Part shown: one piece after another, positions 6,078 to 13,958 of the stretch
How the letters are laid out: the number at the start of each line of letters is the position of its first letter
Numbering within the stretch: the first letter of the stretch is position 1
Translations under genes and position numbers: made by a program
The notes under the pieces: model-generated
Told to the model about the DNA's origin: nothing
What the model saw: the letters and a program-made list of their open reading frames with translations, nothing else
The model's database searches: none
DNA from: a virus
Direction: 5' to 3' (one strand)
DNA length: 36,464 bases
IMG/VR virus record: IMGVR_UViG_3300035040_000064

Positions 6078-7573
6078 GTAGAGGGTGCCGCATCGGGCGT
6101 CAGTGGCCCAAAAATCGGCAGTATGCCGCCGCCAAGGTGAACAACTCCACCGGCAGCTGGATGCCTGTCGATCGGGGCGTCAACGACTTGCTGCGCTCCA
6201 GCGCCCCGCAGGTGCGCGCGCGTGTCCGTCAAATGGTGCGCGACTTTCCGTTTTTCGCCCGTGCCGTCAATATCCTTTCCGCCTATACCGTCGGGCGCGG
6301 TCTGCGCTATCAAGCCCAGATCCGCGATAAAGACGGCCTCCAGCGCGACCTCAATCAAAAGCTCGAAGACCACTGGAGCTGGTGGGCGGAAGAAGCCGAC
6401 ATTACCGGCAAGCTCCACTTTTCCGAAATCGAGGATCTGTGCCAGCGCCAGGATTGCGAGACCGGCGAGTTTCTGATTGTTAAAGTCCAGGCGCGTAGCT
6501 CCAAGCGGCATTTGCCCTTTGCCCTGCAGCTCATCGAGGGCGACTGGCTCACCGACACCTACGCCACGCCCACGGGCAAAAACATTGTGGACCAGGGCAT
6601 CGAGTACGACCGCTTCTCCGGTGAGCCCATCGCATACCATATATCAGACCCCGAAAACATCCACCGCGCGCGCCGGATACCGGCAGAGTATGTACTGCAC
6701 CACTACAAGCACCACCGCCCCGGTCAGCATCGCGGCATCAGCCCGTTTACCCCCGGCGTGTTGCTCGCAAACTCCCTCAACGATTACATCGGCGCTACCG
6801 TCGACACCGCCAAAATGGCCGCCAAGTATCTGGCCATTGTCACCACGCCCAACCCGGCAGGATTCCAGGCAGGGCGCGGCGTTGAAGAAGGCGAAGACGG
6901 CCAGAAGATTGAACACCTGGAGAACGCCTTGGTTGAATACCTGCGCCCCGGCGAGGAGATCAAATTCGCGAATCCGCAGACGGTCAACAACCAGTTTGAT
7001 CCGTTTACAAAATTTGTGCTGCGCGTTACCGCCATCAGCACCGGCACCACATACGAAATGCTCTCCGGCGATTATTCCGGCCTGAGCTACAGCAGCCTCA
7101 AGGGTATCCGTAACGACTTTTACGCCATGACCGACCCCCGGCGTGATCGCTTCATCCGCCACTTAAATCGTCCGGTTCTGCGTGAGTTCCTCGATAGCCT
7201 GTATCTGAGCGGCAAACTCGATATGCCAGGATATGCCAAAAACCCGCGCGCCTGGTCGCGCTCCACCTGGATGCAGCCCGAGCGGCCCAGCAACGATCCC
7301 CTGCGCGACTCCAAAGCAGACGGCAACGATCTGGACCGCTGCCTCACGTCCCCGCAACGCATAGCGGCACGCCGTGGGATCGACATCGAAGAAGTGCTCG
7401 ACGAGATCAAAGAATTTAACGACCTGTGCGAAAAGCGCGGCATAACCCCGGAGCAAGCCAGCACAGCCATGGCAAACAATCCCGCCGCCCTGGGTGCCGA
7501 TGGCGACGGACGCATCGCCGCGCTTATCAGCCAGCTTGAAGATAACGAACTGCTCAACGAATCGAACACATAA
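6074..7573 (+). CDS. Portal protein, lambda family
   Basis: 499 aa. The N-terminal pattern ...GSWMPVDRGVNDLLRSSAPQVRARVRQMVRDFPFFARAVNILSAYTVGRGL and its position after gpW are typical of lambda-type portals. Confidence 0.85.
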   Translation: MSRGCRIGRQWPKNRQYAAAKVNNSTGSWMPVDRGVNDLLRSSAPQVRARVRQMVRDFPFFARAVNILSAYTVGRGLRYQAQIRDKDGLQRDLNQKLEDHWSWWAEEADITGKLHFSEIEDLCQRQDCETGEFLIVKVQARSSKRHLPFALQLIEGDWLTDTYATPTGKNIVDQGIEYDRFSGEPIAYHISDPENIHRARRIPAEYVLHHYKHHRPGQHRGISPFTPGVLLANSLNDYIGATVDTAKMAAKYLAIVTTPNPAGFQAGRGVEEGEDGQKIEHLENALVEYLRPGEEIKFANPQTVNNQFDPFTKFVLRVTAISTGTTYEMLSGDYSGLSYSSLKGIRNDFYAMTDPRRDRFIRHLNRPVLREFLDSLYLSGKLDMPGYAKNPRAWSRSTWMQPERPSNDPLRDSKADGNDLDRCLTSPQRIAARRGIDIEEVLDEIKEFNDLCEKRGITPEQASTAMANNPAALGADGDGRIAALISQLEDNELLNESNT

Positions 7574-7587
7574 ACCGGGAGGCACCA

Positions 7588-9633
7588 ATGCCCAAACACA
7601 TGAACAACAGAGAAAAACCGCAGAATCCGGAGGCGATGCAGTTTCGCACTATCCCTCTGACCCTGCGTGAAGACGGCGCGCCCAAAAGCCTGAACGAAGA
7701 ACAACGCAGCGTCGAATGCGTGGCCGCGTCTGAAACCGCCGTGCGCGAACTCGATTTTGACCGCTGGGAAATGATCGACACCGTGCTGCTCATGTCCGGC
7801 TGTCAGTTGCCCGAAAGCCGCCAGCTGCCGTTGCTGGATAGCCACAGCCGCTACGACACCAGCACCGTGGTGGGCAGCGCGCGCGATCTGCGCATTGAAA
7901 ACGATCAGCTCATCAGCCGTGCGGTATTTACCTCGCTGCCCGAAGGCGACAACCCATACACCAAGGTCAAAGAAGGCCACCTCACTGACTTCTCCATCGG
8001 GCGTATAGACATCGAAGGCGTGTATATCCCCGAAGGGGAGACCGGCATGGTCGAAGGGCGCAGCTTCGAAGGCCCGATCCGCGTGATTACCAAATGGATA
8101 CCCAAAGAACTCAGCATCTGCCCCATTGGCGCAGATGAAACCGCAAAAACCCGGAGCGCGCAGGATGACCCTGCCGCGCACAACAACACTGAAGGCGGCC
8201 GGTCCGCCGCAGAAAAGGAGCCCCAAGTGGATAAGAAACTCAGGGCCTTCCTCGTTAAAAGAGGACTGGCCGAAGACGCAACCGATCAGCAGGCATGGGA
8301 TTACCTCGAAAACCTCGATGTACCCACGCGCGCTGAAACCGAGCATCAGCCGCAGGAAGAGCAGGATGTAGTATCCGCCGTGCGTGCCGAGCAGGTACGT
8401 ATCATGGAGATCCAGCAGACTTGCCGCCACTACGGCTACGATGATCTCGCCGAAGAGCTCATCAAGGAAGGCAAGGACATCGACCAGTGCCGCGCCGCGA
8501 TCCTCAAGAAAAACATGGAGGAAGGCCCCACAACTGGCGGCATCGGACATCGAACCGAAGTCGTAGCCGACGAGCGCGACAAGTTCCGCTCTGCGGCGCA
8601 GGATGCACTGCTGATCCGCTCTGGCTTTGCGCCTGAAAAACCCGCTGCTGGTGCCACCGATCTGGCCGGGTACAGTCTGCGCGAGCTCGCGCGCGAATCT
8701 CTGCGCATGTCCAACCTTTCCACCGGTGGCAACCCCATCGAGATGGTAGGCCGCGCCCTCACCACCGACGACTTCCCCGCGCTGCTGAGCAACGTGGCGA
8801 ATAAGTCGCTGTTTGAAGGCTATCAGTCCGCTGACGAAACCTGGGGCCAGTGGTGCGCTACCGGGCAGGTATCCGATTTCAAAACCAACACCATCGCGCG
8901 CCTGGGTGAGATGGACGACCTCGACGAGATCGGCGAGAACGACGAGTACAAGTACGGCAACCGCGAGGATGGCAAAGAGCAGTTCCAGATTGCCACCTAC
9001 GGCAAGCTGTTCAGCATCAGCCGCCAGACCATCATTAACGATGATCTGGGCGCGCTCACCGACATCCCCCGCGCTCACGGCGAAGCCTGGGCCCGCAAAG
9101 TTGGCGATATCGTGTACGCGGTTCTGATTGCCAACGCTGCCATGGGTGACGGTACCGCGCTGTTCCATGCGGATCACGGCAACATCGGCACCACCGGCGT
9201 CATCAGCGAAACCACCATGGCTGAAGCCATCAAGCTGATGAAGATGCAGAAGGATATCAGCGGCAAGCGCCGGCTCAATATCCGTCCGCAGTACCTGCTC
9301 GCACCTGTTGCGCAAGAAGGCAGCGCCGAGGTGTTCTTCGGCAGCAACCAGTTTGCCAGATCAGACACCGCCGCCACCCGCACCAACCCGTATGCCGGCA
9401 GCAAGTATCAGCGCATTTACGATCCCCGCCTCGACGACAACGACTCCGACGCCTGGTACCTCGCAGGGCCGAAGGGCAAGACCGTCAAGGTGTTCTTCCT
9501 CAACGGCAATCAGCTGCCGTATCTGGAGACCCGCCAGGGCTGGAGCGTTGACGGCGTAGAGTACAAGGTACGCGGCGACGCCGGAGCAAAAGCCGTAGAC
9601 TGGAAAGCCATGGTCTACAACGCCGGTGCATAA
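7588..9633 (+). CDS. Prohead protease (HK97/S78-like) - scaffold-like linker - major capsid protein fusion
   Basis: The N-terminal part LPLLDSHSRYDTSTVVGSA...GHLTDFSIGR carries the His/Ser protease pattern. An acidic coiled linker follows. The C-terminal 330 aa or so are capsid-like and end ...VEYKVRGDAGAKAVDWKAMVYNAGA. No separate capsid or scaffold gene is present. Confidence 0.7.
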   Translation: MPKHMNNREKPQNPEAMQFRTIPLTLREDGAPKSLNEEQRSVECVAASETAVRELDFDRWEMIDTVLLMSGCQLPESRQLPLLDSHSRYDTSTVVGSARDLRIENDQLISRAVFTSLPEGDNPYTKVKEGHLTDFSIGRIDIEGVYIPEGETGMVEGRSFEGPIRVITKWIPKELSICPIGADETAKTRSAQDDPAAHNNTEGGRSAAEKEPQVDKKLRAFLVKRGLAEDATDQQAWDYLENLDVPTRAETEHQPQEEQDVVSAVRAEQVRIMEIQQTCRHYGYDDLAEELIKEGKDIDQCRAAILKKNMEEGPTTGGIGHRTEVVADERDKFRSAAQDALLIRSGFAPEKPAAGATDLAGYSLRELARESLRMSNLSTGGNPIEMVGRALTTDDFPALLSNVANKSLFEGYQSADETWGQWCATGQVSDFKTNTIARLGEMDDLDEIGENDEYKYGNREDGKEQFQIATYGKLFSISRQTIINDDLGALTDIPRAHGEAWARKVGDIVYAVLIANAAMGDGTALFHADHGNIGTTGVISETTMAEAIKLMKMQKDISGKRRLNIRPQYLLAPVAQEGSAEVFFGSNQFARSDTAATRTNPYAGSKYQRIYDPRLDDNDSDAWYLAGPKGKTVKVFFLNGNQLPYLETRQGWSVDGVEYKVRGDAGAKAVDWKAMVYNAGA

Positions 9634-9647
9634 GCAAGATTAAACCT

Positions 9648-9671
9648 GTAGGGGCGCACAGCAGTGCGCCC
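9648..9671 (+). repeat. REP-like unit, type D: GTAGGGGCGCACAGCAGTGCGCCC
   Basis: GTAGGG head and an 8-bp stem GGGCGCAC/GTGCGCCC, located 15 nt after the capsid stop. Confidence 0.65.
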
Positions 9672-9700
9672 TTGCCTCAATAACAGAAGGAGCCCAGACA

Positions 9701-10033
9701 ATGGCAGCAAATAAAGTACAAGACGGCAACATCATCGACTACACCAACGCCACCGGCAGCGATATCGCAGCCGGTGATCTGGTGGTAATCGGCACCCGCG
9801 TGGGTGTTGCCCTGGTAGACATCGCTGATGGCGCAGCCGGAGCTGTAGCTGTAACAGGCGTTTACGAAGTGCCCAAAGAAGCAGCCCTCGCAGTAACTCA
9901 GGGTGACCTGCTCTATGCCGACGTCACCTCCGGCGAGCTGGACAAAACCGCCCTCGATCAGACCCTGGCAGGCTATGCCTTCGCCGATGCAGCCGGTGCC
10001 GCCAGCACTGTGCATGTAAAGCTCAACGCATAA
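9701..10033 (+). CDS. DUF2190-type head decoration protein
   Basis: 110 aa. ...IIDYTNATGSDIAAGDLVVIG...GVALVDIADGAAGAVAVTGVYEVPK is typical of DUF2190. AAGGAG RBS. Confidence 0.75.
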   Translation: MAANKVQDGNIIDYTNATGSDIAAGDLVVIGTRVGVALVDIADGAAGAVAVTGVYEVPKEAALAVTQGDLLYADVTSGELDKTALDQTLAGYAFADAAGAASTVHVKLNA

Positions 10034-10063
10034 AAAACGCCGAGCCGCTACCGCCCGGCAACG

Positions 10064-10098
10064 CCGGGGCGTAGGTCCTTTCTCCACCTGCGCCCCGG
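10064..10098 (+). other. GC-rich hairpin after the decoration gene
   Basis: CCGGGGCG (10064-10071) pairs with CGCCCCGG (10091-10098) around a 19-nt loop that contains GTAGG. There is no T tract. Confidence 0.35.
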
Positions 10099-10128
10099 AT
10101 ACTAAAACGCAACAAAACAGGAGCAACC

Positions 10129-10683
10129 GTGGAAGATCGCAGCCAGGACCAGATGATACGACAAATTGCCGAGCAGCAGGCATCAATGGCGAGAAAACTC
10201 GACAGTATGAGCCAGGCGTTGACCGAGCTTGCTGTACAGAAAAAAGAGATCGAGAACACCATCTCAAAGCGGAGGCATAGGATAATGGCCGGATACTACT
10301 TTAGCGAAAACAGCAAACGCGCCCTCGAAACCTGTCACCCCGATCTGCAGCGCCTGTTCAACGAGGTAATCAAGCACCGCGACTGCACCATCATCGAAGG
10401 GCATCGAGGGCAAGCCGAGCAGAATCGTTTATTCGAGATGGACAGATCAACCCTGCGCTGGCCCAACAGCAAACACAACGTCGCACCCAGCCAGGCCGTG
10501 GACGTAATGCCCTACAACCCCAGCAAGCCCCACATCCGTTGGGATGATGAAGAGCAGATCCGCGAGTTTGCCGGATTTGTCTTCGGCGTGGCGGCAATGC
10601 TCGGCATCAACCTGCGCTGGGGCGGGCACTGGACCCGTTTTAAAGACATGCCCCACTGGGAGTTGTCGAAAGCCCCAAGCTGA
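10129..10683 (+). CDS. Peptidase M15 (VanY / L-alanyl-D-glutamate peptidase type) endolysin
   Basis: ...IIEGHRGQAEQNRLF...SKHN...AVDVMP...DMPHWEL carries the H..D...H zinc-ligand pattern of M15 peptidases. GTG start at 10129. An alternative ATG at 10285 follows a GGAGG, and the first 52 aa are coiled-coil only. Confidence 0.75.
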   Translation: MEDRSQDQMIRQIAEQQASMARKLDSMSQALTELAVQKKEIENTISKRRHRIMAGYYFSENSKRALETCHPDLQRLFNEVIKHRDCTIIEGHRGQAEQNRLFEMDRSTLRWPNSKHNVAPSQAVDVMPYNPSKPHIRWDDEEQIREFAGFVFGVAAMLGINLRWGGHWTRFKDMPHWELSKAPS

Positions 10684-10855
10684 TGGGCCGCTGCCGTTAC
10701 TCCGGGCTAAAAGACAAACAATGCCCCGCCGCCGCCGATTGCATGCTCTGCGCGCGCACCAACTGCCAGACTGGCGAAATCAGGCGAGGGGTAAGGGCAG
10801 GGCAGAGCAGAGAAAACGCCTTAGAAAGCCACACAGCGCGTTGACATTTTTTAAC

Positions 10856-10876
10856 GTAGGGTGGGCACCGCCCACC
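10856..10876 (+). repeat. REP-like unit, type A: GTAGGGTGGGCACCGCCCACC
   Basis: GTAGGG head and a GGTGGGC/GCCCACC hairpin. Confidence 0.7.
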
Positions 10877-10892
10877 AGCAACAGGAGGCAAA

Positions 10893-11096
10893 ATGTTAAG
10901 CAAATTATTCAACTGGCTATTCGGCAAAAAAGCCGCCTCTACCATCGGCGGCGTAGCCATAGGTGCAGCAACCGGAGCAGCCGCCGCTGCATCGCAGGGG
11001 ATGATGGACAAGGAAAGCCTAACCGCCGGAGCCATAACCGGAGCCGCCGCTGCCCTCGCAGGCGCAGGCGGACGCGGAACGGGCGAAAACAGGTAG
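10893..11096 (+). CDS. Small Gly/Ala-rich (glycine-zipper-like) protein
   Basis: AGGAGG lies 6 nt upstream. The translation is MLSKLFNWLFGKKAASTIGGVAIGAATGAAAAASQG...AGAITGAAAALAGAGG. The stop TAG lies inside the GTAG head of the next REP unit. Confidence 0.5.
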   Translation: MLSKLFNWLFGKKAASTIGGVAIGAATGAAAAASQGMMDKESLTAGAITGAAAALAGAGGRGTGENR

Positions 11097-11113
11097 GGTG
11101 GGCACCGCCCACC
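11093..11113 (+). repeat. REP-like unit, type A
   Basis: GTAGGGTGGGCACCGCCCACC. It forms an inverted pair with 11137-11157. Confidence 0.7.
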
Positions 11114-11136
11114 ACGTATCAACCAACGCATTAAAC

Positions 11137-11157
11137 GGTGGGCAGTGCCCACCCTAC
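11137..11157 (-). repeat. REP-like unit, type A (reverse; GTAGGGTGGGCACTGCCCACC)
   Basis: The + strand reads GGTGGGCAGTGCCCACCCTAC. Confidence 0.7.
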
Positions 11158-11166
11158 GAGGACAGC

Positions 11167-11577
11167 ATGGCAGACAAAATCAGATACATAGGAGGCTACA
11201 AATACCAGCTGGTGGATGGCTACACCCTGCAGACCAATATCCGCCCGGCGTCTGATATTCACACGCCGTACATCCGCCTCACCACCGAGGGGTATCTGAT
11301 GATCGCCCATGGCTACGCCTGGGACGGAGCCACCCGCGCCAACGACACCAAGACAATCATGCGCGCCGCCCTGGTACACGATGCCCTGTACCAGCTCATG
11401 CGCCACGGGCATCTCGGCATTGAATGGCGCGACATTGTAGACGGCCTGTTCTACCGCCTCATGCGCAAGGACGGCGTCAGCATCATCCGCGCCGCGTACA
11501 TCTACCGCGCCGTAAAGTGGTTCGGTGCAGATTACGCCAAAGCAGAAAACAAACGACTTGTAGAGGTAGCGCCATGA
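11167..11577 (+). CDS. DUF1353-like phage protein
   Basis: ...HGYAWDGATRANDTKTIMRAALVHDALYQL...DGLFYRLM fits the DUF1353 pattern (xDGAS...HD.lY...D..F). The start is set at the ATG after the REP pair, because the upstream part of ORF 11098 is REP-derived. Confidence 0.55.
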   Translation: MADKIRYIGGYKYQLVDGYTLQTNIRPASDIHTPYIRLTTEGYLMIAHGYAWDGATRANDTKTIMRAALVHDALYQLMRHGHLGIEWRDIVDGLFYRLMRKDGVSIIRAAYIYRAVKWFGADYAKAENKRLVEVAP

Positions 11578-11897
11578 TCGACCCGACCGAAGTAGACGCC
11601 TTTGCTCTCCAGGACTTCGGAGAAGAAATGACCGTCACAAAAGCGGACACCGGAGAAACCTTCCCGGTAAATATGCTTTACGACGAAGAAGATGCGGACG
11701 AAAGAGGTAGCAGCGGAGCATACCTGGGGCAAAGTACCGGCTCCATGTCTTCTGTTGTTATGCGCTGTTGGCCGACAGACGCCGAAAAAATTGAAGAGGG
11801 GGACCATATCCAGACACCGGAAGGCGAAGTTTACGCAGTGTTTGAGGTTACCCCCAAAAGAAGACAGCTCACTTATGTGGAGGTTGTGCTGGCATGA
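11574..11897 (+). CDS. Head-tail attachment protein, lambda gpFII-like
   Basis: ATGA overlap with the upstream stop. 107 aa with a gpFII-like layout ending ...EEGDHIQTPEGEVYAVFEVTP.... Confidence 0.45.
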   Translation: MIDPTEVDAFALQDFGEEMTVTKADTGETFPVNMLYDEEDADERGSSGAYLGQSTGSMSSVVMRCWPTDAEKIEEGDHIQTPEGEVYAVFEVTPKRRQLTYVEVVLA

Positions 11898-12430
11898 GCG
11901 GGGGTTTCGTCCAGATAGACACCACTGAAATCGAAAAAAAGTTCGATTTTTTGACTGTTGAGATGGACACCGCAGCCAAACGCGCCGCAATTCGCACCAG
12001 GGAATGGCTGCGCACGCAAGTAACCAGAGAGATCGCATCTACCACTGGAGTGCCCCGAAAGGCCTTGAAAGAAAGAGTGCGGAGAGGAAGCAAGGAAAAT
12101 GACGGTGCCTGGTATAGCGACGGGCAGGCTGTTTTGTGGATAGGACTGCAGGACATACCCGCACATTATCTCGGCAAGCCCAGGCAAACAAAAAAAGGGG
12201 TGCGCGTGAGAAAGCACTTTTTCGACAAGGCCTTTACCGTAAGCATCGGAGAGCAAGACCCTAAAGTCTGGAAGAGGGCTGGCAAAAGCCGACTACCGAT
12301 CATTAAGATGACGGTGCCTGTAGAGCCAGGCAGAAGGGATTTGCTCGGAAAATACGAAAAAGCAGCAGCCCGCATGTTCTCCGATCGCCTTGAACACGAA
12401 ATAAACTACCTCCTGGAGCAGCGCGCATGA
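11894..12430 (+). CDS. Minor tail / tail completion protein, lambda gpZ-like
   Basis: ...TREIASTTGVPRKALKERVRRGS...LWIGLQDIPAHYLGKPRQ...KRAGKSRLPIIKMTVPV parallels lambda Z (..ARETKVRRKLVKERARL.., ..GKNRYPIDVVKIP..). Confidence 0.55.
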   Translation: MSGGFVQIDTTEIEKKFDFLTVEMDTAAKRAAIRTREWLRTQVTREIASTTGVPRKALKERVRRGSKENDGAWYSDGQAVLWIGLQDIPAHYLGKPRQTKKGVRVRKHFFDKAFTVSIGEQDPKVWKRAGKSRLPIIKMTVPVEPGRRDLLGKYEKAAARMFSDRLEHEINYLLEQRA

Positions 12431-12963
12431 GTTACGACATCGGCACACATCTCGATCAGATAGTTGCTCACCTGGGACAGGCGTTCCCGGACGTTGCGAC
12501 CATCGAAGAGTACCCGCGCTTCCGAAAGAAAATTAGCGCTCCGGCGATCTTTGTGGAGCTTGCCGATGCGGATCAGACAGAAGACGCCGGTACCGGGCAG
12601 CTGTGCATGGTGGCCCGTTTTGAAGCGCGCATAGTGTTTGACCGCGCCATGCCTCTGGACGAAAAACCCAGCGTGCTCGCGCTTTCGCTCGCATCAGCGG
12701 TAGCAAAAGAGATCAGCGCCAACCGCTTTGGCTGCACTGTCGGCCCCGCAAAAGATATCAAGCTTGAGCCGGATCACTTCAAGCCCGAGCTGGGCGGATA
12801 TGTAGTCTGGCTTATCGAGTGGACGCACAGCGTGCGCATCGGTGATTCAGTGTGGGACGGTACAGGCATAACCCCGACCGACCTTTACGTAGGCATTGCG
12901 CCGGAGATCGGGCTGGAGCACGAAGAGGATTATACCCTGGTAGGAGAGATCGACAATGGATGA
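12427..12963 (+). CDS. Putative tail terminator / neck protein (gpU or DUF1834-like)
   Basis: It sits after the Z-like gene, and the N-terminal pattern ...IVAHLGQAFPDV...SAPAIFVELAD is typical of terminator-like proteins. The call is weak. Confidence 0.35.
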   Translation: MSYDIGTHLDQIVAHLGQAFPDVATIEEYPRFRKKISAPAIFVELADADQTEDAGTGQLCMVARFEARIVFDRAMPLDEKPSVLALSLASAVAKEISANRFGCTVGPAKDIKLEPDHFKPELGGYVVWLIEWTHSVRIGDSVWDGTGITPTDLYVGIAPEIGLEHEEDYTLVGEIDNG

Positions 12964-13522
12964 GCCGCTTGAATACCGCATCGCCGAGCTTGAGCGCCGC
13001 CTGAACAACATCGTGCGCTACGGAACCATTGCCGAGGCCGATTACCCGGCGGCCCGCGTGCGGGTGCAAAGCGGCGAGCTGCTCACCGGCTGGCTGCCCT
13101 GGCTGACCCGCCGGGCCTCGAACGACACCACCTGGCATGCGCCCGAGGTCGGCGAGCAGGTGCTGCTGATTTCCCCCTGTGGCGATCCGGCGCAGGCCGT
13201 GGCGCTGCCGGCCATCTACCAGAACGCCCACCCGCAAAACGGCGACCGCGCGACCCTGGCACGGCTCGATTTTGCCGACGGCGGTTTTGTCGAATACGCC
13301 CGCGAATCCGGACGGCTCTCCATCAACGCCACCGGCGACACCCTGATCACCGTCGGCGGCAAGGCCGACATCACCGTCACCGGCAAAACCACCGTCAAGA
13401 GCGACCTGGTGGAGATCGACGGCGGCGGCAGCGTCAAGGGGACGGTGCAGGGCGATTGCCTGTGCGCCTTCACCGGCAAGCCGCACCCGCATATTTCGCC
13501 GACCGTCACGGAGAGCTTTTAG
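12956..13522 (+). CDS. Baseplate assembly / spike protein, P2 gpV-like
   Basis: ...NIVRYGTIAEADYPAARVRVQSGELLTGWLPWLTRRASNDTTWHAPEVGEQVLLISPCGDPAQAVALPAIY... and the C-terminal ...GDCLCAFTGKPHPHIS are typical of gpV. Confidence 0.85.
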   Translation: MDEPLEYRIAELERRLNNIVRYGTIAEADYPAARVRVQSGELLTGWLPWLTRRASNDTTWHAPEVGEQVLLISPCGDPAQAVALPAIYQNAHPQNGDRATLARLDFADGGFVEYARESGRLSINATGDTLITVGGKADITVTGKTTVKSDLVEIDGGGSVKGTVQGDCLCAFTGKPHPHISPTVTESF

Positions 13523-13524
13523 CC

Positions 13525-13740
13525 ATGGCACTGACCAAGGCCAGCATGGCCGATTTCGTCGAGGCGCACATCGCCGCCGTCACCCTGGATCAGGGCTCAG
13601 ACGCTGCTGCCGCCCTGGCGTACCGCCGCAAGGTACTCGAGGCGCTGTGCCAGGGGATCATCGACGAAATAAAAGAGAATGCCGTTATAGAAACCACCAG
13701 CGGCGCACCCGACAGCGAGCATATAGGCAAAGTTTATTAA
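13525..13740 (+). CDS. Hypothetical small protein (71 aa)
   Basis: ATG 2 nt after the gpV stop. In frame with ORF 13456-13740. Confidence 0.45.
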   Translation: MALTKASMADFVEAHIAAVTLDQGSDAAAALAYRRKVLEALCQGIIDEIKENAVIETTSGAPDSEHIGKVY

Positions 13741-13760
13741 CCAACAAAGGGAGGCGACAC

Positions 13761-13955
13761 ATGCCAGAATTTATTGTTAACCGCCAGATCATTTTGCCCG
13801 ACGGCACTACAGCCGCGCCAGAGCAGAAGATTGAACTGAGCAACCGGCAGGCTAAGTACCTGCTGCTTTCGGGCAAAGTTCGCCCGATGGCAGTCAAGGC
13901 CAAGCGCGCCGACAAACCCCGGGCCGAAAAGCCCGTTACCGAAAAGGAGCAATAA
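13761..13955 (+). CDS. Hypothetical small protein (64 aa)
   Basis: AAGGGAGG lies upstream of the ATG at 13761. Lys-rich C-terminus. Confidence 0.45.
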   Translation: MPEFIVNRQIILPDGTTAAPEQKIELSNRQAKYLLLSGKVRPMAVKAKRADKPRAEKPVTEKEQ

Positions 13956-13958
13956 GCT

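Noticed and set aside
7120-9315. A 731-aa ORF on the - strand, the longest minus-strand ORF in the window.
   Set aside because: It is entirely antisense to the portal 3' end and the protease-capsid gene. Its composition is Ala/Gly/Arg/Val-rich and low-complexity, with no RBS or motif. This is the typical stop-poor antisense frame of a GC-rich coding region.
10838-10876. TTGACA at 10842-10847 as a promoter for the Gly-zipper ORF.
   Set aside because: No acceptable -10 hexamer lies at 16-18 nt spacing, and that position is occupied by the REP-like hairpin.
10544-11152. A + strand 196-aa ORF (10544-11134) and a - strand 151-aa ORF (10697-11152) spanning the endolysin end and the intergenic region.
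   Set aside because: They are Arg-rich junk frames. Parts of them (VGWAPPT, GGRCPPY) are simply translations of the REP-like hairpins.
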